Shown piece by piece: positions 1 to 11,500 of a stretch of DNA of 64,000 bases. Under the pieces are notes generated by a model. The model saw only the letters and a list, made by a program, of their open reading frames with translations. It made no database searches and was not told the DNA's origin. Source of the stretch: a bacterium (GTDB lineage: Bacteria > Patescibacteriota > Minisyncoccia > Phycocordibacterales > CAIZLB01); contig JANOAN010000013.1 of the NCBI GenBank assembly GCA_031411135.1, positions 30,581 through 94,580 of the forward strand. The letters are read 5' to 3'. A program made the position numbers and the translations under genes. Each line of letters starts with the position of its first letter. Positions within the stretch are counted from its first letter, which is position 1.

Positions 1-995
1 AAGGTCCAGTAGTTTCAATCGACAAGCGAGGAGTTTTCGTTGATCTTAAACCTTTCGGAACAGGTATTATTTTCGGACGAGAATACATTGCTGCAAGAGA
101 CATCCTACGAAAAGTAAACATCGGTGACAGCATCGCAGCTAAGGTTGTAGACCTTAAAAACGATGAAGGTTACATCGAACTTTCTCTTAAGGAAGCCAAG
201 CAAGCTCTTATTTGGGGCGAAGCAGAAGCTGCTATCAAATCAAAAATTGCCTTTGATGTTCCAGTATTGGAAGCAAACAAGGGAGGCCTACTTATGAACT
301 GGCAAGGTATTCAAGGTTTCCTTCCCGCTTCACAGCTAAAGGCTGATCACTACCCTCGCGTAGAAGACGGTAACAAGGACAGAATTCTAGAAGAGTTAAA
401 GAAACTTGTTGGACAAAAATTATCAGTTGTCGTAATCGCTGCAATTCCTAAGGAAGGAAAACTGATCTTCTCTGAAAAGAGCCCGGAATCTGGTGAAAAA
501 GAAAAGATGATTGGCCAGTACGCCGTAAGCGACGAAGTTGAAGGAACAGTAACAGGTGCAGTTGACTTCGGAGTATTCGTGAAATTACAGGAAGGATTGG
601 AAGGACTTGTTCACATCTCTGAATTGGACTGGGCACTTGTTGAAGACCCTCGAACTCTTTACAAGGTTGGAGACAAAGTAAAAGCTAAAATCATCGAAAT
701 CAAGGATGGTAAAGTTTCTCTTTCTATCAAGGCACTTAAAACTAACCCTTGGAAAGAAGCTGAGAAGAAGTACAAAAAGGATGATGTTGTTACAGGTGTG
801 GTTATCAAGTTCAACAAACACGGAGCGCTTGCTTCAATCGAAGAAGGTGTGGCTGGCTTGGTTCACGTTTCAGAATTCGGTTCAGATGCGAAATTGAGAG
901 AATCATTGGAGCTTGGAAAGAGCTACAAGTTCAAGATCAACATCTTTGATGCCAAGGATCAGAAAATGGCGTTAGGATTTGTGGATAAGAAGTAA
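1..995 (+). CDS. rpsA: 30S ribosomal protein S1, C-terminal portion (5' end lies outside the window)
   Basis: Frame 3 is open from position 3 through the listed ORF 267..995. Repeated S1 OB-fold signatures are present (GxV.G.V.F.G.FV.L..G.EGL.H.SE). Confidence 0.8.
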   Translation, partial: GPVVSIDKRGVFVDLKPFGTGIIFGREYIAARDILRKVNIGDSIAAKVVDLKNDEGYIELSLKEAKQALIWGEAEAAIKSKIAFDVPVLEANKGGLLMNWQGIQGFLPASQLKADHYPRVEDGNKDRILEELKKLVGQKLSVVVIAAIPKEGKLIFSEKSPESGEKEKMIGQYAVSDEVEGTVTGAVDFGVFVKLQEGLEGLVHISELDWALVEDPRTLYKVGDKVKAKIIEIKDGKVSLSIKALKTNPWKEAEKKYKKDDVVTGVVIKFNKHGALASIEEGVAGLVHVSEFGSDAKLRESLELGKSYKFKINIFDAKDQKMALGFVDKK

Positions 996-1011
996 TCTAA
1001 AATAGATTAAA

Positions 1012-1046
1012 GAAAAAACCTCCAGTATGGAGGTTTTTTCTTTTGG
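1012..1046 (+). terminator. rho-independent terminator after rpsA
   Basis: Hairpin aacctcc-agtat-ggaggtt followed by a T-run. Confidence 0.7.
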
Positions 1047-1127
1047 TTGCAATACTTTTTTATGTATGATAAAAAATAATTGCTGATCTTTCACCAGGTG
1101 TACCAACACCGCAACCAATAAAAAAAC

Positions 1128-1307
1128 ATGAGTATTGCACTTGTCCTTGTCGTAATGATCTTTATGACTTTCATCGCGCTTACCAACTCAACAGTTTTGG
1201 GGAAACTGTTTTGCTGGGGAATCATCATTTCGATCATCCTCTACTTCGTCGCCGGTTTTAAGACCGGAGACATGCACATGGAAATTGGTCGAATACGCCC
1301 ATTCTAA
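1128..1307 (+). CDS. small hydrophobic protein (59 aa, 2 predicted TM helices), unknown function
   Basis: Uninterrupted ATG..TAA ORF below the size cutoff of the ORF track. It is bracketed by the rpsA terminator and its own strong terminator. No SD, as with other native genes here. Confidence 0.35.
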   Translation: MSIALVLVVMIFMTFIALTNSTVLGKLFCWGIIISIILYFVAGFKTGDMHMEIGRIRPF

Positions 1308-1346
1308 CCGCTCCGGGGACCGCTTCCCCCGAGCGGTTTTCCTTTT
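1308..1346 (+). terminator. rho-independent terminator
   Basis: GC-rich hairpin ccgctccgggg..ccccgagcgg followed by ttttcctttttt. Confidence 0.65.
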
Positions 1347-1362
1347 TTATATTTTAGATTTA

Positions 1363-1890
1363 TTAGTATTCGACTATTTCACCTTCTCCGTCTGAAGGTA
1401 GTGCGGTTACCTCCAAAATAATGCACTTATCGTCTGAAACCGATTCACAAGATATATTTTTTCTGAAATCTACATACAAAAACGGCGTTTTAATTGATAC
1501 AACGTTTTGATGATAAGTATAAGGTTGAATACTTGCTGTTCCTGTAGCCACTAGATGACCTTTAAAATCAGCTACGAAATTATCCTCATTTGAAGTCATA
1601 TCTATTTTGTAATCATTATTATCCAACCTCTCAATTACAATATTCCACTTTACCGTATTCTGACCAATACTCTGTCTACCACTACCAATTATTTTTTTAT
1701 AAAGCTTGGTATCGTAATCCTTACTAATTTTTTGTATTTCATCTTTAGTATTATTTTCAGCTTTATCATTTTTTACATAATTAATGTTAGATGGTTTAGG
1801 CTTATTTTGTAAATAAACATACGTCGTCCCTACAGCGACAATTGTAACTACCAGCACAGCTACTAAGGTTATAAATCCTTTCCTTTTCAT
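1363..1890 (-). CDS. hypothetical N-terminally anchored protein
   Basis: 175-aa ORF with one N-terminal TM helix (ITLVAVLVVTIVAVG). No recognisable domain. Confidence 0.5.
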   Translation of the reverse strand: MKRKGFITLVAVLVVTIVAVGTTYVYLQNKPKPSNINYVKNDKAENNTKDEIQKISKDYDTKLYKKIIGSGRQSIGQNTVKWNIVIERLDNNDYKIDMTSNEDNFVADFKGHLVATGTASIQPYTYHQNVVSIKTPFLYVDFRKNISCESVSDDKCIILEVTALPSDGEGEIVEY

Positions 1891-1911
1891 ATTTTAAAAC
1901 ATTATATATTT

Positions 1912-2502
1912 TTACCCCTGATTAAACAAACTCATCGCCTTCTCTTTGCTTTCCAAAATAATAGTTTCAATCGCCTCTGCCACATCCTTCGAAGCTTTCT
2001 TAATTAAATCCAATTCAAGCTTTTTAAACTTACCAACAATAAAATCCATAATTTTATCCGACGAAGGTCGGCGCGCCTTTCCTTTTGCTCCAACTGGAGA
2101 AACTCCCACTTTGATTCTTATGAAGGCATCTGTTTTAGTAGCTTTGCGAACAGACTCCACACCTTTATGTCCCCCTGCTCCCCTATTAAATAAAATTTTA
2201 ATTTTTCCTAATGGTAAATCCAAGTCGTCGTGAACAACAATTAAGCTCTCAGCTTTTTTTACACTTGTGATAAATGACTTCAAAGAAGCACCAGACTTAT
2301 TCATAAAAGTATCAGGCAAAATACAAAGCACCTTCTCTTTTTTAAGTGTCCCTTCAGAGATCATTCCTACCGCTTTTTTATTTTCCACGAATTCTGGAAA
2401 GTCATTTTTCTTTGCAAAAACAGAGACCGCAATTCTTCCCGCGTTGTGTCTTGTGTCCGCATATTCCTCTCCGGGATTTCCTAATCCAACTATATAATAC
2501 AT
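1912..2502 (-). CDS. pth: peptidyl-tRNA hydrolase
   Basis: Pth signature YIVGLGNPGEEYADTRHNAGR. The start was chosen at MYYIVGLGN; the listed ORF 1912..2580 carries a non-homologous N-terminal extension. Confidence 0.85.
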   Translation of the reverse strand: MYYIVGLGNPGEEYADTRHNAGRIAVSVFAKKNDFPEFVENKKAVGMISEGTLKKEKVLCILPDTFMNKSGASLKSFITSVKKAESLIVVHDDLDLPLGKIKILFNRGAGGHKGVESVRKATKTDAFIRIKVGVSPVGAKGKARRPSSDKIMDFIVGKFKKLELDLIKKASKDVAEAIETIILESKEKAMSLFNQG

Positions 2503-2528
2503 GCTGGATATTCTAGCATATTTGTAAT

Positions 2529-3152
2529 ATGATGTACCAAATGGAACAAAAACCTCCTTCTCAGAATATCTTAGTCTCACTTTTTATCGGAATCGGCAAG
2601 TTTTTTTCAGGAGTCTTTAACTTTCTCTTTGCCGGACCAATTTTCACGATTTTTTTAGTAGCCATTATCCTTATTCGAATTTTTATCGCAGAACCATTCT
2701 TGGTTTATGGAAGTTCAATGGAGCCCAATTTTGAAACTGGTGACTATTTGATTGTCGACGAGTTGACTTATAAATTTGAAAGTCCTAAACGTGGTGACGT
2801 TGTAGTGTTAAAACCTCCTATGGATGAGGCCAAACACTACATAAAGCGCATAATCGGACTTCCTGGTGAGACTATTTCTGTAAATGGTAGTGTGGTTATA
2901 ATCAAAAATAAAGAACACCCCGAAGGCTTCACTTTAAATGAGCCATACATCACTTTCCAAAGTGATCGTGTTGCTAACTACGATTTGAATAATCACGAAT
3001 ATTTTGTTATGGGAGACAATCGTGCCGTCAGTTCTGATTCTAGAATCTGGGGACCACTCCCTGACAACTTAATTACAGGACGTGCTTTAATAAGAGTACT
3101 ACCTTTGAAAGACATCGGTATTATGCCTGGGAAGGTTAACTTGCCACAATAG
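2529..3152 (+). CDS. lepB: signal peptidase I
   Basis: N-terminal TM anchor, catalytic Ser box GSSMEPN, and the KRIIGLPGE and GDNRxxSxDSR boxes. Confidence 0.85.
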   Translation: MMYQMEQKPPSQNILVSLFIGIGKFFSGVFNFLFAGPIFTIFLVAIILIRIFIAEPFLVYGSSMEPNFETGDYLIVDELTYKFESPKRGDVVVLKPPMDEAKHYIKRIIGLPGETISVNGSVVIIKNKEHPEGFTLNEPYITFQSDRVANYDLNNHEYFVMGDNRAVSSDSRIWGPLPDNLITGRALIRVLPLKDIGIMPGKVNLPQ

Positions 3153-3181
3153 ACATTTACCAGTATTATCGTTGCACATAT

Positions 3182-4453
3182 ATGGCGTCTTATTCTAAAT
3201 CTAACCCTAAAAAGCCTTCAAAGAGCCCAAAACAGGGCCCTAAACAGTCCCCATGCCTGACACATGCCTGTCGTACCGCTGCTCACTTTGGCTTCATAGA
3301 GTACAAGAATCTGGAGGTTGAGAAACAGGATATTGCGAAAGCAAAGAACTTTAAGGATAGTCTTCTTGCGAAGAAGTCTGTGCTCGAAACTAGTGCTCTA
3401 GATTTTGAAGGTTATTTGGAAGAAAAAATTGCAATCATTCGTCACTACATTGAAAAGAAAATGATCGAGCTGAATCAGCCACCAATGATTTTCTACGAAG
3501 GACCAATTTCTGGAAATCCACACATCAAAAAGCGAGAGAAAACATTCAATATCGATATTATTGGAAATGGAAAAAGTATCTCTGATGCAATCATTATTGA
3601 AACCACTTGTGCAATTTTGAAGGATTTAAATCCAGATGCTAGCCTATTGGTTGAAATTAATTCAATTGGCGACAAGGAATCATTCAATCGATTTAGTCGC
3701 GAATTCGTAAACTTTTACAAAAAACATTTAAATGATTTGCCATCGGAGGAACGTCAGATTTTCAAGAAGAATCCTTTTGACCTTTTGGCAAGTACACACG
3801 AAGTTTGCATGCAGTTAAATGCTGAAGCGCCACATCCGATGAATTACCTTTCAGAAGAAAGCCGCGAGCAATTCCGTGAAGTTTTGGAATACATTGAGTC
3901 TCTTAATATCGCATATTCAATCAATCACTGTTTAATTGGAAACGGATCATTCTGCAGTGGAACTATTTTCCGAGTAATGAATATTGTAGACACCGAGGAA
4001 AACGAGGAGCGAGTGGTTTGTGCTATCGGCGAGAGATATAACATTGTTGCTCGAAAAGCTTGGGGAAAGAAAGAAATTCCTGCGATCGGTGCATCAATTA
4101 TTCTAGAAGACAAGACTGCCAAGGGAATATTAAAAGAATCAAAACCTGTTAAAGCCGCGAAACCAAACGACACAAGATTTTTCTTCATACAATTAGGATA
4201 TGACGCCCGCCTTAAGAGTCTTACCATTATTGATATGCTCCGCGGTGCGAATATCCACGTTCACCAATCACTATCGAGAGACAAGATTTCAGCTCAACTT
4301 GCAGCTGCAGAGAAAATCGCAGCGCATTATTTACTCATTGTTGGACAAAAAGAAGCTATTGATAACAGCGTTACCATTCGACACATGAACACATTGGTAC
4401 AAGAAACGGTTGAGATTGCGAGCTTGATAAACTATTTAAAGAAGCTAATGTAG
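3182..4453 (+). CDS. histidyl-tRNA synthetase-like class II aaRS paralogue with divergent catalytic motifs and a Lys/Pro-rich N-terminal tail
   Basis: Class II core with HisRS-like motif 2 (FYEGP..NIDIIGNG) and a degenerate motif 3 (CAIGERYN instead of GGGRYD). C-terminal anticodon-binding-like domain (LLIVGQKE...VTIRHM). Confidence 0.5.
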   Translation: MASYSKSNPKKPSKSPKQGPKQSPCLTHACRTAAHFGFIEYKNLEVEKQDIAKAKNFKDSLLAKKSVLETSALDFEGYLEEKIAIIRHYIEKKMIELNQPPMIFYEGPISGNPHIKKREKTFNIDIIGNGKSISDAIIIETTCAILKDLNPDASLLVEINSIGDKESFNRFSREFVNFYKKHLNDLPSEERQIFKKNPFDLLASTHEVCMQLNAEAPHPMNYLSEESREQFREVLEYIESLNIAYSINHCLIGNGSFCSGTIFRVMNIVDTEENEERVVCAIGERYNIVARKAWGKKEIPAIGASIILEDKTAKGILKESKPVKAAKPNDTRFFFIQLGYDARLKSLTIIDMLRGANIHVHQSLSRDKISAQLAAAEKIAAHYLLIVGQKEAIDNSVTIRHMNTLVQETVEIASLINYLKKLM

Positions 4454-4494
4454 TAGCTTTTTTTAGGGATTTTTACTTTTTTTATACAATCATT

Positions 4495-4740
4495 CTATTT
4501 CTTAGAAGACGTAGCCGTGCTACTTGCTGGAGATTTTGCTGTTGTCGCCTTTTGCGGTTGTGGCGCTTGAGCTGACTGAGCTAATCTAATTTGGTCATTC
4601 AAAAAATTAACAACTTGAGTTAGTACTATATGATCTTCGTTAACTACTGCTCGAAGTTTATAAATTGTGTAAGCCTGGAAGCCAAAAACCGCTACGAATA
4701 TTCCTAATATAAATGGGGTGATAAATGATTTAATTTGCAT
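4495..4740 (-). CDS. hypothetical small membrane-anchored protein with an Ala/Ser/Thr-rich tail
   Basis: 81-aa ORF, one TM helix, low-complexity C-terminus. Confidence 0.4.
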   Translation of the reverse strand: MQIKSFITPFILGIFVAVFGFQAYTIYKLRAVVNEDHIVLTQVVNFLNDQIRLAQSAQAPQPQKATTAKSPASSTATSSKK

Positions 4741-4854
4741 ATGAAAATTATAGCATTTATAAGTAAAATAAAAACAATTTTTGTAAAAATATATGTGGAT
4801 AATTTAGATTTTTACATATTTGCTTTAAATCAAAATATATTGTATTATTTTTCT

Positions 4855-5136
4855 ATGAACTGTTCATTTACGTTTCCAGGGGACATGTCCCCAAATCAAA
4901 CCCTCGTTGCATCTGTGAGGACACCCGACCAAGTTGCGCTTGAAAAAGTCGCGGCTGAGAAGCCGGGCTTCACAAGTTTCACTTACGGGACTATGTCCAA
5001 GAGTACTGATGGCAATGCCATTTTTCCAATCTTTGCAACAGCAAAGGACGATGTGCTAGTCTGATAGCATCACTCGTTTGAGGATTTCAGAATCGCCTCT
5101 CTCCGGCCACAATCGGAGGGAGGCATTTTCTTTTTG
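4855..5136 (+). ncRNA. candidate small RNA of unknown family (alternatively a 70-aa ORF 4855..5064)
   Basis: A ~280-nt GC-rich block lies in an otherwise AT-rich 400-nt gap between two minus-strand genes. An AT-rich promoter-like tract (TTGTAA/TTTACA...TATAAT-like) sits upstream. It ends in a strong plus-strand intrinsic terminator, and no SD precedes the ATG. Internal hairpins are present (ggggacatgtcccc; cggcu-GAGA-agccg). Confidence 0.3.
5096..5136 (+). terminator. plus-strand rho-independent terminator
   Basis: 10-bp stem cctctctccg/cggagggagg with one G·U pair, stable only as plus-strand RNA, followed by cattttctttttg. Confidence 0.55.
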
Positions 5137-5137
5137 T

Positions 5138-5566
5138 CTATTTTGCTTTAGCAACTTCCCTATCCAAAGCCTGGACCATAATACTTCCTGATTTTAATTG
5201 CTCAGAATACAGAATATGATTTCTAGAAATTTCCATGAAATCTTCTGGGTTGTGAATGTTATCTTTAATAGAAACAATATCTATTGAGTCTGCACTCGAT
5301 GATGCATTTTGTTTTAAGTAATGGGTCTTATGAAGTGTAATACTTGATGAAAAAGGAACTGTTACAAATTTACCAAAAAATACTTGATTATTGTCTAGGA
5401 AAACGGCTTTCCATGAATTCATCTTCACAAAAAAGGAAATAATTAACCATAGGATAAATATAATTGCCAAAATAAAAACTCCTAGTTTTACCAAACTAAT
5501 ATTTCTAATTTTTCTGAATGATACTTCACTGGCTGGGTTTAAAATTGTTTTTGCTCTTGGTGCCAT
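5138..5566 (-). CDS. hypothetical N-anchored protein, last gene of the surface-protein operon
   Basis: 142 aa, N-terminal TM helix. Lies 22 nt downstream of the giant gene on the same strand. Confidence 0.5.
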   Translation of the reverse strand: MAPRAKTILNPASEVSFRKIRNISLVKLGVFILAIIFILWLIISFFVKMNSWKAVFLDNNQVFFGKFVTVPFSSSITLHKTHYLKQNASSSADSIDIVSIKDNIHNPEDFMEISRNHILYSEQLKSGSIMVQALDREVAKAK

Positions 5567-5588
5567 ATATTTTAATATTATACACTAA

Positions 5589-8500
5589 CTAGTTATTTGT
5601 TGCTTCTGGTGCCGGTGCAGCTGTTGCTTCTGGTGCTGCAATCACTTCTGGTGCTGGTGTAGGTGCAGTTTCAGTTTGCGGAGCTACAGGTTCAGAAACT
5701 GTAGGAATTACAGATGTTGGTGTTGTTGGCACGGGGTCAATTATAGTTTCAGTAACTGGTGGGGTTGTAACTTCTGGTACCAAAACTGTAGTTGTTCCTA
5801 GATTATTTTCATTAGACGAAACTGGTGTTGAATCCCCTGCACCCCCAACACCTACGGTTGATGTTGCGCCTTCTGATGAAACCCTGTTTTCATCGATAGA
5901 CAAAGTAGTTGATGTTGTTGTGGTTGTTGATGTATTTTGGTTAATATCATCTGTCGTTGTTGATGTATTTGTTGATGAAATAATTGTACTAATTTGATTA
6001 TCAGCATCATCCTTTGATTTGTAAGTTTTTACAAAGAACCAGTCGAATGAAATGCTAGATTGAGCTGGATGAACAATCCTGACCAAGAATCCTTGTCCTG
6101 CTCGCTTTTCAGCTACGAACAATGGTACATCTGTTGCAGAAGTTGGGGTCAGGAATACGTTTGAATTTTGATCAATTTGATTATTTTCAATAAAGACTTC
6201 CATTGTGCTTGTCGCAATGAAACCAACACCCGCAAGCTCGTTAGTGCCCGATGGCACAAAGATACTTCCTCCTGGCAAAATAGCTAGCACTTTGACAAAT
6301 GCTTGTTTTACATTCAATGCAATTACTGTAATTTTGTTTACCACCAGTGATGATATGTTCTGTGCCACTGATGTTATTGACATTGCAATGTCTGAAATAC
6401 TTGTATTTGCTAAGTCTACAATTTTTGACATCAAATCATCTCCTGTTTCAGTAAGCATATCAATAGTAGATGACGCGATGTCCAGTGTAGTGGTTGCATT
6501 GTCCAAATCATTTGAAGAAATTGTCTCCATTCCTATGAACACCATTACTGTTGCAGCTTCTGTCGAGTCACTGCCGTCGTATGCAGACATAGCACGTCCT
6601 ACAACACGTCCCGGATGTGTTGCCTTCGCGGCTTTTCCTGGCTCGGTGCTAGTCATCAAATAATCCCCGATAACAATTGGACCATTTTCAAGAGTGACTT
6701 TTACAGGTACGCGTCCTGCTAGTGCTACAGGGATGGCTGTGGCGCCATCAATTGTGGCATCCTGCTGTGATAATCGTAAGGCAGGATTTTTTGAATATAT
6801 ACCAATAACATTTTTGTCATTTGTGCCTGATGATTTTGTTACCAATCCGTGTTCGTGAACATCAATACTAATTACATCGCCCGCTTCTAAGGTGTCGTCT
6901 CGTGTTGGATAGTCCTCGGCTATGTCATATGCACCAAAAGCGGTATTAATACCATGACTAAACCTGAACACACCAGTGTTTAGATTTCCTGTATTTGCGA
7001 ATGAATTATTGTCTCCAAAAAACTGAATAGTACCTGTATTTAAATTTCCGTTTACTTCACCTCCACCCTGACCAGAGTTTGCATTAAACATAAGGTTATA
7101 GGATTCCTGACCAATAAAGTTATATGAATAGACTTCTGCACCGTTTGCTTTTCCTGTACCGAACCATAGATCTCCGTTATAAATATTTATTGAATAAACT
7201 CCTGTGATAGCATTAGATGCGGCACCTGTGATCACTCCGGCTGTGGTACTTGAAACTCGAGTCCAGTTATTACCAATATCTAATTGATAAACTTCGGCGG
7301 TATTACTTGTGTCTACAGTACCTACATAAAGGTTACCCTTATAAACTCCCATTGCACCAATTGAGTCGATACCCGTTGTTGCTCCCACGTCTTCCGCAAT
7401 AACACCAACTGTTGAACTAGATACCACCTGAAAGACGTTTGTTGCACCGGCTGCTGTTGCGGCGGTACTGTCCCATTTCAATACACGTGCAGTACCAGCA
7501 CCGTCACTGATACCCAGATAAAGTTTACCGTTAAAATTAGACATTGATGTAATAGAGTCTACGGCGGTAATTGCAACACTTTGTCCAGCAAACGTACCAG
7601 CTGTGTTTAAAATAGTGAAACCGTTACCAGGTGTAGCACCCGGGCCATCATATCTATAGAGACCTGCAGCATTCAGCTTGTTTCCTGCAACATACAGGGT
7701 ACCCAGGTAAGTGGCCATAGCACTGATCTTATCGACCAGTGTGGTTGCTCCAATTGTACCGGCGTTAGTTAAATGAGAGACCTTTGTCCAGTTGTTGTTG
7801 TTTCCTGTTCCAACATCATATCTATACACTTCAGCTCCTCCAGTTTTCTGAGTACCGATATATAGAAAACCTCCATTAACAGTCATGGCTGACACAGCAT
7901 CAATTGCAGTTGTTGTTGCAGTACCACCGATTGCCCCAGCAGTACTACTTGAAATCAAACTCCATGTCGTACCACCTCCATATCTGTAAACTTCAGCTGC
8001 ACCAGTTTTACCGGTACCAATATATAATTGTCCGTTGTATACAATCATTGAAGCAATTGAAGTGATCGCTGCCGTTCCTCCACTTGCAATTGTTCCAGCT
8101 GTCGCTTGAGACACCTTTGTCCAGTTACTTGTTCCACTATCAAATCGGTAAATTTCTGCCGCTCCAGAAGAAGATGCGGTTCCTGCATACAGTGATCCAT
8201 TAAAGACAGTCATTACAGTTGTTGAACCAATACCTGTCGTTCCTGCAGAGCGGATTTGGCCAACTGCTGTTGATCGAGTTGTCCAAGTAGCTGTGGTTGA
8301 AGCTTGAGATCCGACTAAAACATTCCCCATCACGGTTAATTTTTCAGAAGGTGATGTTGTACCAATACCTAAACGTTTGTTTGTGTTATCCCAGAAGAAG
8401 TTACTGTCAGCGTTGAATGCACCTGTAGTTGAGAACTGTACATACCCATCTGAACCACTTGGAGTACCCGCACCAACCCCTCCGATTGTTGTCCACGAAC

Positions 8501-11500
8501 CAGCAGAGTTCTTAAACTGCATTGTTCCTGCATTGTCTCTGAATCCATATCCGTTTGTTCCAGTGGCAACTGTTCCGAAGTTTAGATACCTAGACAGTCC
8601 CTCGAGCCAGACGTCACCATTTACGTCAAGTTTAGCGGCGGGAGTAGAAGTTCCCAAGCCCAAATTTCCTGATGCAGTCACTGTAACTAATCTTGTATTA
8701 GAAGATGATGATATCGCTAACAAATCTGTTGTTGGAGTACTCGATGTTCCATAAATATCCAATTTTGCAGATGGAGTGGTTGTTCCGATTCCAACAGTTC
8801 CAGTTGAGGATGCAACATAAACTAAATTTTCCAAACTAAGCGCACCGCTAGTATTTTTTAATGGAATATTTGGCAAGTAAAATCCAGTAGAATCAATACT
8901 GACAGTTTTGTTTGGTTGTTGATACGCATAAACCCCACCCGGTGCACCGTTAACATTGTCCATGTATTGAAGTTCCAACCTACTAGACAGTGATGTTGAT
9001 GAAATGTTTGTTATATAGTTATTAAATCTTCCAGTTGTGTGAGTGTTTTGAGCACTATCTTTTGCTCCAAATGCATAGTGTCCCGCAATATTTCCGTTTG
9101 CTGCGGTTGCTTGGTTGTAAAGTACAAAAATACCACCAGTACTGTAATCAATAACTTGCATTCTACCTGAATTAAACATTTCCAATATTAGTCTATTACT
9201 ACTATCTAATGCTGCAATAGTTCTTGATGTTGTATCAGTTGTACTGCCTGTAACGGTAAATCGTCCGTATTCTGTTGGCGAGGCAATTAATTGACTACCT
9301 GCAAAATATGACTTTGCGGCAGATCCATTATAAATTGAATAATTATTCGTTGTACCAGCACCCCCTGTACCACCATTACCTGTTATGTATAAACCGTAGT
9401 TATTAGTTGTACCTGCACCAGAACCAGAACCTAAAAATATCTGCCCACCGAAGTTATTAACTGTTCCCCCAGAACCCGCAGCAGCTGTGTGTCCTCCAAT
9501 TAAATATCCATAGTTATTGATAGTGCCAGATGTTGTACCATTACCATTTGAAAAACCAGCAGATACAAACCCAGAGTAATTCGTAAAAGGCAAAGTGCCG
9601 GACTGAGTAGGTGCTCCTGCATAAAATCCATATCCACTGGAAATCAATCCTGTATAACTTGCTGCGGTGTCTACTCGACTGTATGTTCCAAACACATTTG
9701 ATATAGGAGCGGAACTGTTGGCAATAGTGGGTAAGTTAATTAGACCGAAAACACTACTCACAGAAGCTCCTGTTGGGGTAATTACCGAACCATTATAAAA
9801 ACCATTGATTTGCCCAGTATTCGAAGAACTGACAGTTCCGGAAAGCTTAAGTAGAGCGTCCCCCCCTGATGTTGTGGTTAAAGTTCCACCTACATCAAGT
9901 TTTGAAGTTGGAGCAGAAACACTCAAACCAATGTTTCCGTTGGCTGCTACTGTAAATATTCTGGAATTTGATGAAGAAGATACTGCAAATATATCAGTTG
10001 TTGGAGCAGTGGATGTTCCATATACATCTAACGTGGCAGTTGGAGAGGTTACTCCAATACCAACTAACCCTGCTGTATTAATTGTAAACTTTGTTGAATT
10101 AAAGTTTGCCTGATTTGTAGATATTTTAAATTTACTGGAATCATTTGAATCAAGCCCCATGGACCAGGCTTGATTATTTGTTTTCAAGAAAGTCAGGAAC
10201 GTTCCAAAAGAATTCGCGGCTGAGTTTTCTAAAACAACTTGAGTTTTTGTTGAGGTTGCGATAAATCTAGCAACATCCTGAACACCAATTCCGGCTACAA
10301 CATCTAGATAAAAAGTAGGAGTTGTTGTTCCAATACCGACATTACCAGAACCAGCAGCAATAGCAATCGCGGCCTTCGAATGTGTTCCGTTTATCAAAAT
10401 CGATCTTTCTGATGTTGAATCATCTTGAATACTTGATGACGCTATACCTCCAATAAATCCACCGGTGTTTTGACCCGTAAAACCTAAACCAACCTGAAAT
10501 TGACGGCCGAAAGCATTTGAAATTAAATGTGCTGCTGCGGTGTTTGCATTTCCAAGAGCGTTACTCCAAATAGCGGTTGGTGAATATCCCGTAGTGTTAT
10601 ACGTTGTTGCAAGTGTCCCATAGTTCGCTGCGTCAATTTCGGCCCCAGTATACTTCCCAGTATCATTATCTCTTCTTCCAAGGAAGAAACCTCCAATTCC
10701 CGCACCCGTACCGGAACCAGTAATCCTACCTACTCCATAAACTCCTAACGCATCATTTTCTCCACCACCACCAGGATTTGATGTCGAATCATTTAAACCA
10801 AAACCAGAAACCCCGACAGGTTGAACTTCTGTACCACTTACACCTTTAGCAATACCCACAATGGCTGAATAGGCTTCAACACCATCACCATTAATGCTGT
10901 TTGCAGTTGCAATTGCATCAGTAATAGAAAGAATTCTTTCAACCTTAAGTCCTGGATTTGTATTTTGATCAGGTGAAGCGGTTGTACCTATTCTAATTCC
11001 CAATTCTTGGGCCGTTGTTGTGTTATACATTTGAACAGCATCACCTGTTCCAATTGAAAGTCGTGACCAAGGCGAGGTTGTTGCAAGACCCAACCTTCCA
11101 TTCGCAGTGACTGTAAATATTCTCGCATTTGATGAAGATGAGACTGCGAACAGATCCGTAGTTGGCGCACTTGATGTGCCGTAAATATCGAGTCTTGCAG
11201 ATGCAGAAGAAGTACCAATTCCAAAACTCGATGAAATTGCTGCCGTAGTATTTCCGAGAATAAATTTGTTTGAACCACTTGTAGCTTCTGAATATAATTT
11301 CCAATTTGGCGCACTATTACTGCTATACCAACTAATAGCATTGTTTTTTGCCAACGCTATTGCAGGAGGTGTTGGATCAGTTGAAGTACTGATTGCATCA
11401 GCAGAGATTATAATACCACTGTTAAAAAGTCCTCCATTTGGAGTAATTTGAATAGCAGCAGTAACACTAGTAAATGTTCCAGGTATAGTACTCGTCCCTG

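Noticed and set aside
2503-2580. N-terminal extension of the pth ORF
   Set aside because: The conserved Pth N-terminus (M-x-LIVGLGNPG) begins at the internal Met. The extension has no homology and would intrude into the lepB promoter region.
4735-4854. 5' portion of ORF 4735..5064 (MHMKIIAFISKIKTIF...)
   Set aside because: AT-rich, low-complexity translation that overlaps the start region of the minus-strand gene. More likely promoter DNA for the candidate sRNA or small ORF.
4855-5136. tmRNA or RNase P RNA identity for the GC-rich block
   Set aside because: There is no tRNA-like T-arm/acceptor/CCA at the 3' end and no plausible tag-peptide ending. The strings resembling the RNase P P4 strands are adjacent and simply form one local hairpin. 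No SRP domain-IV motif is present.
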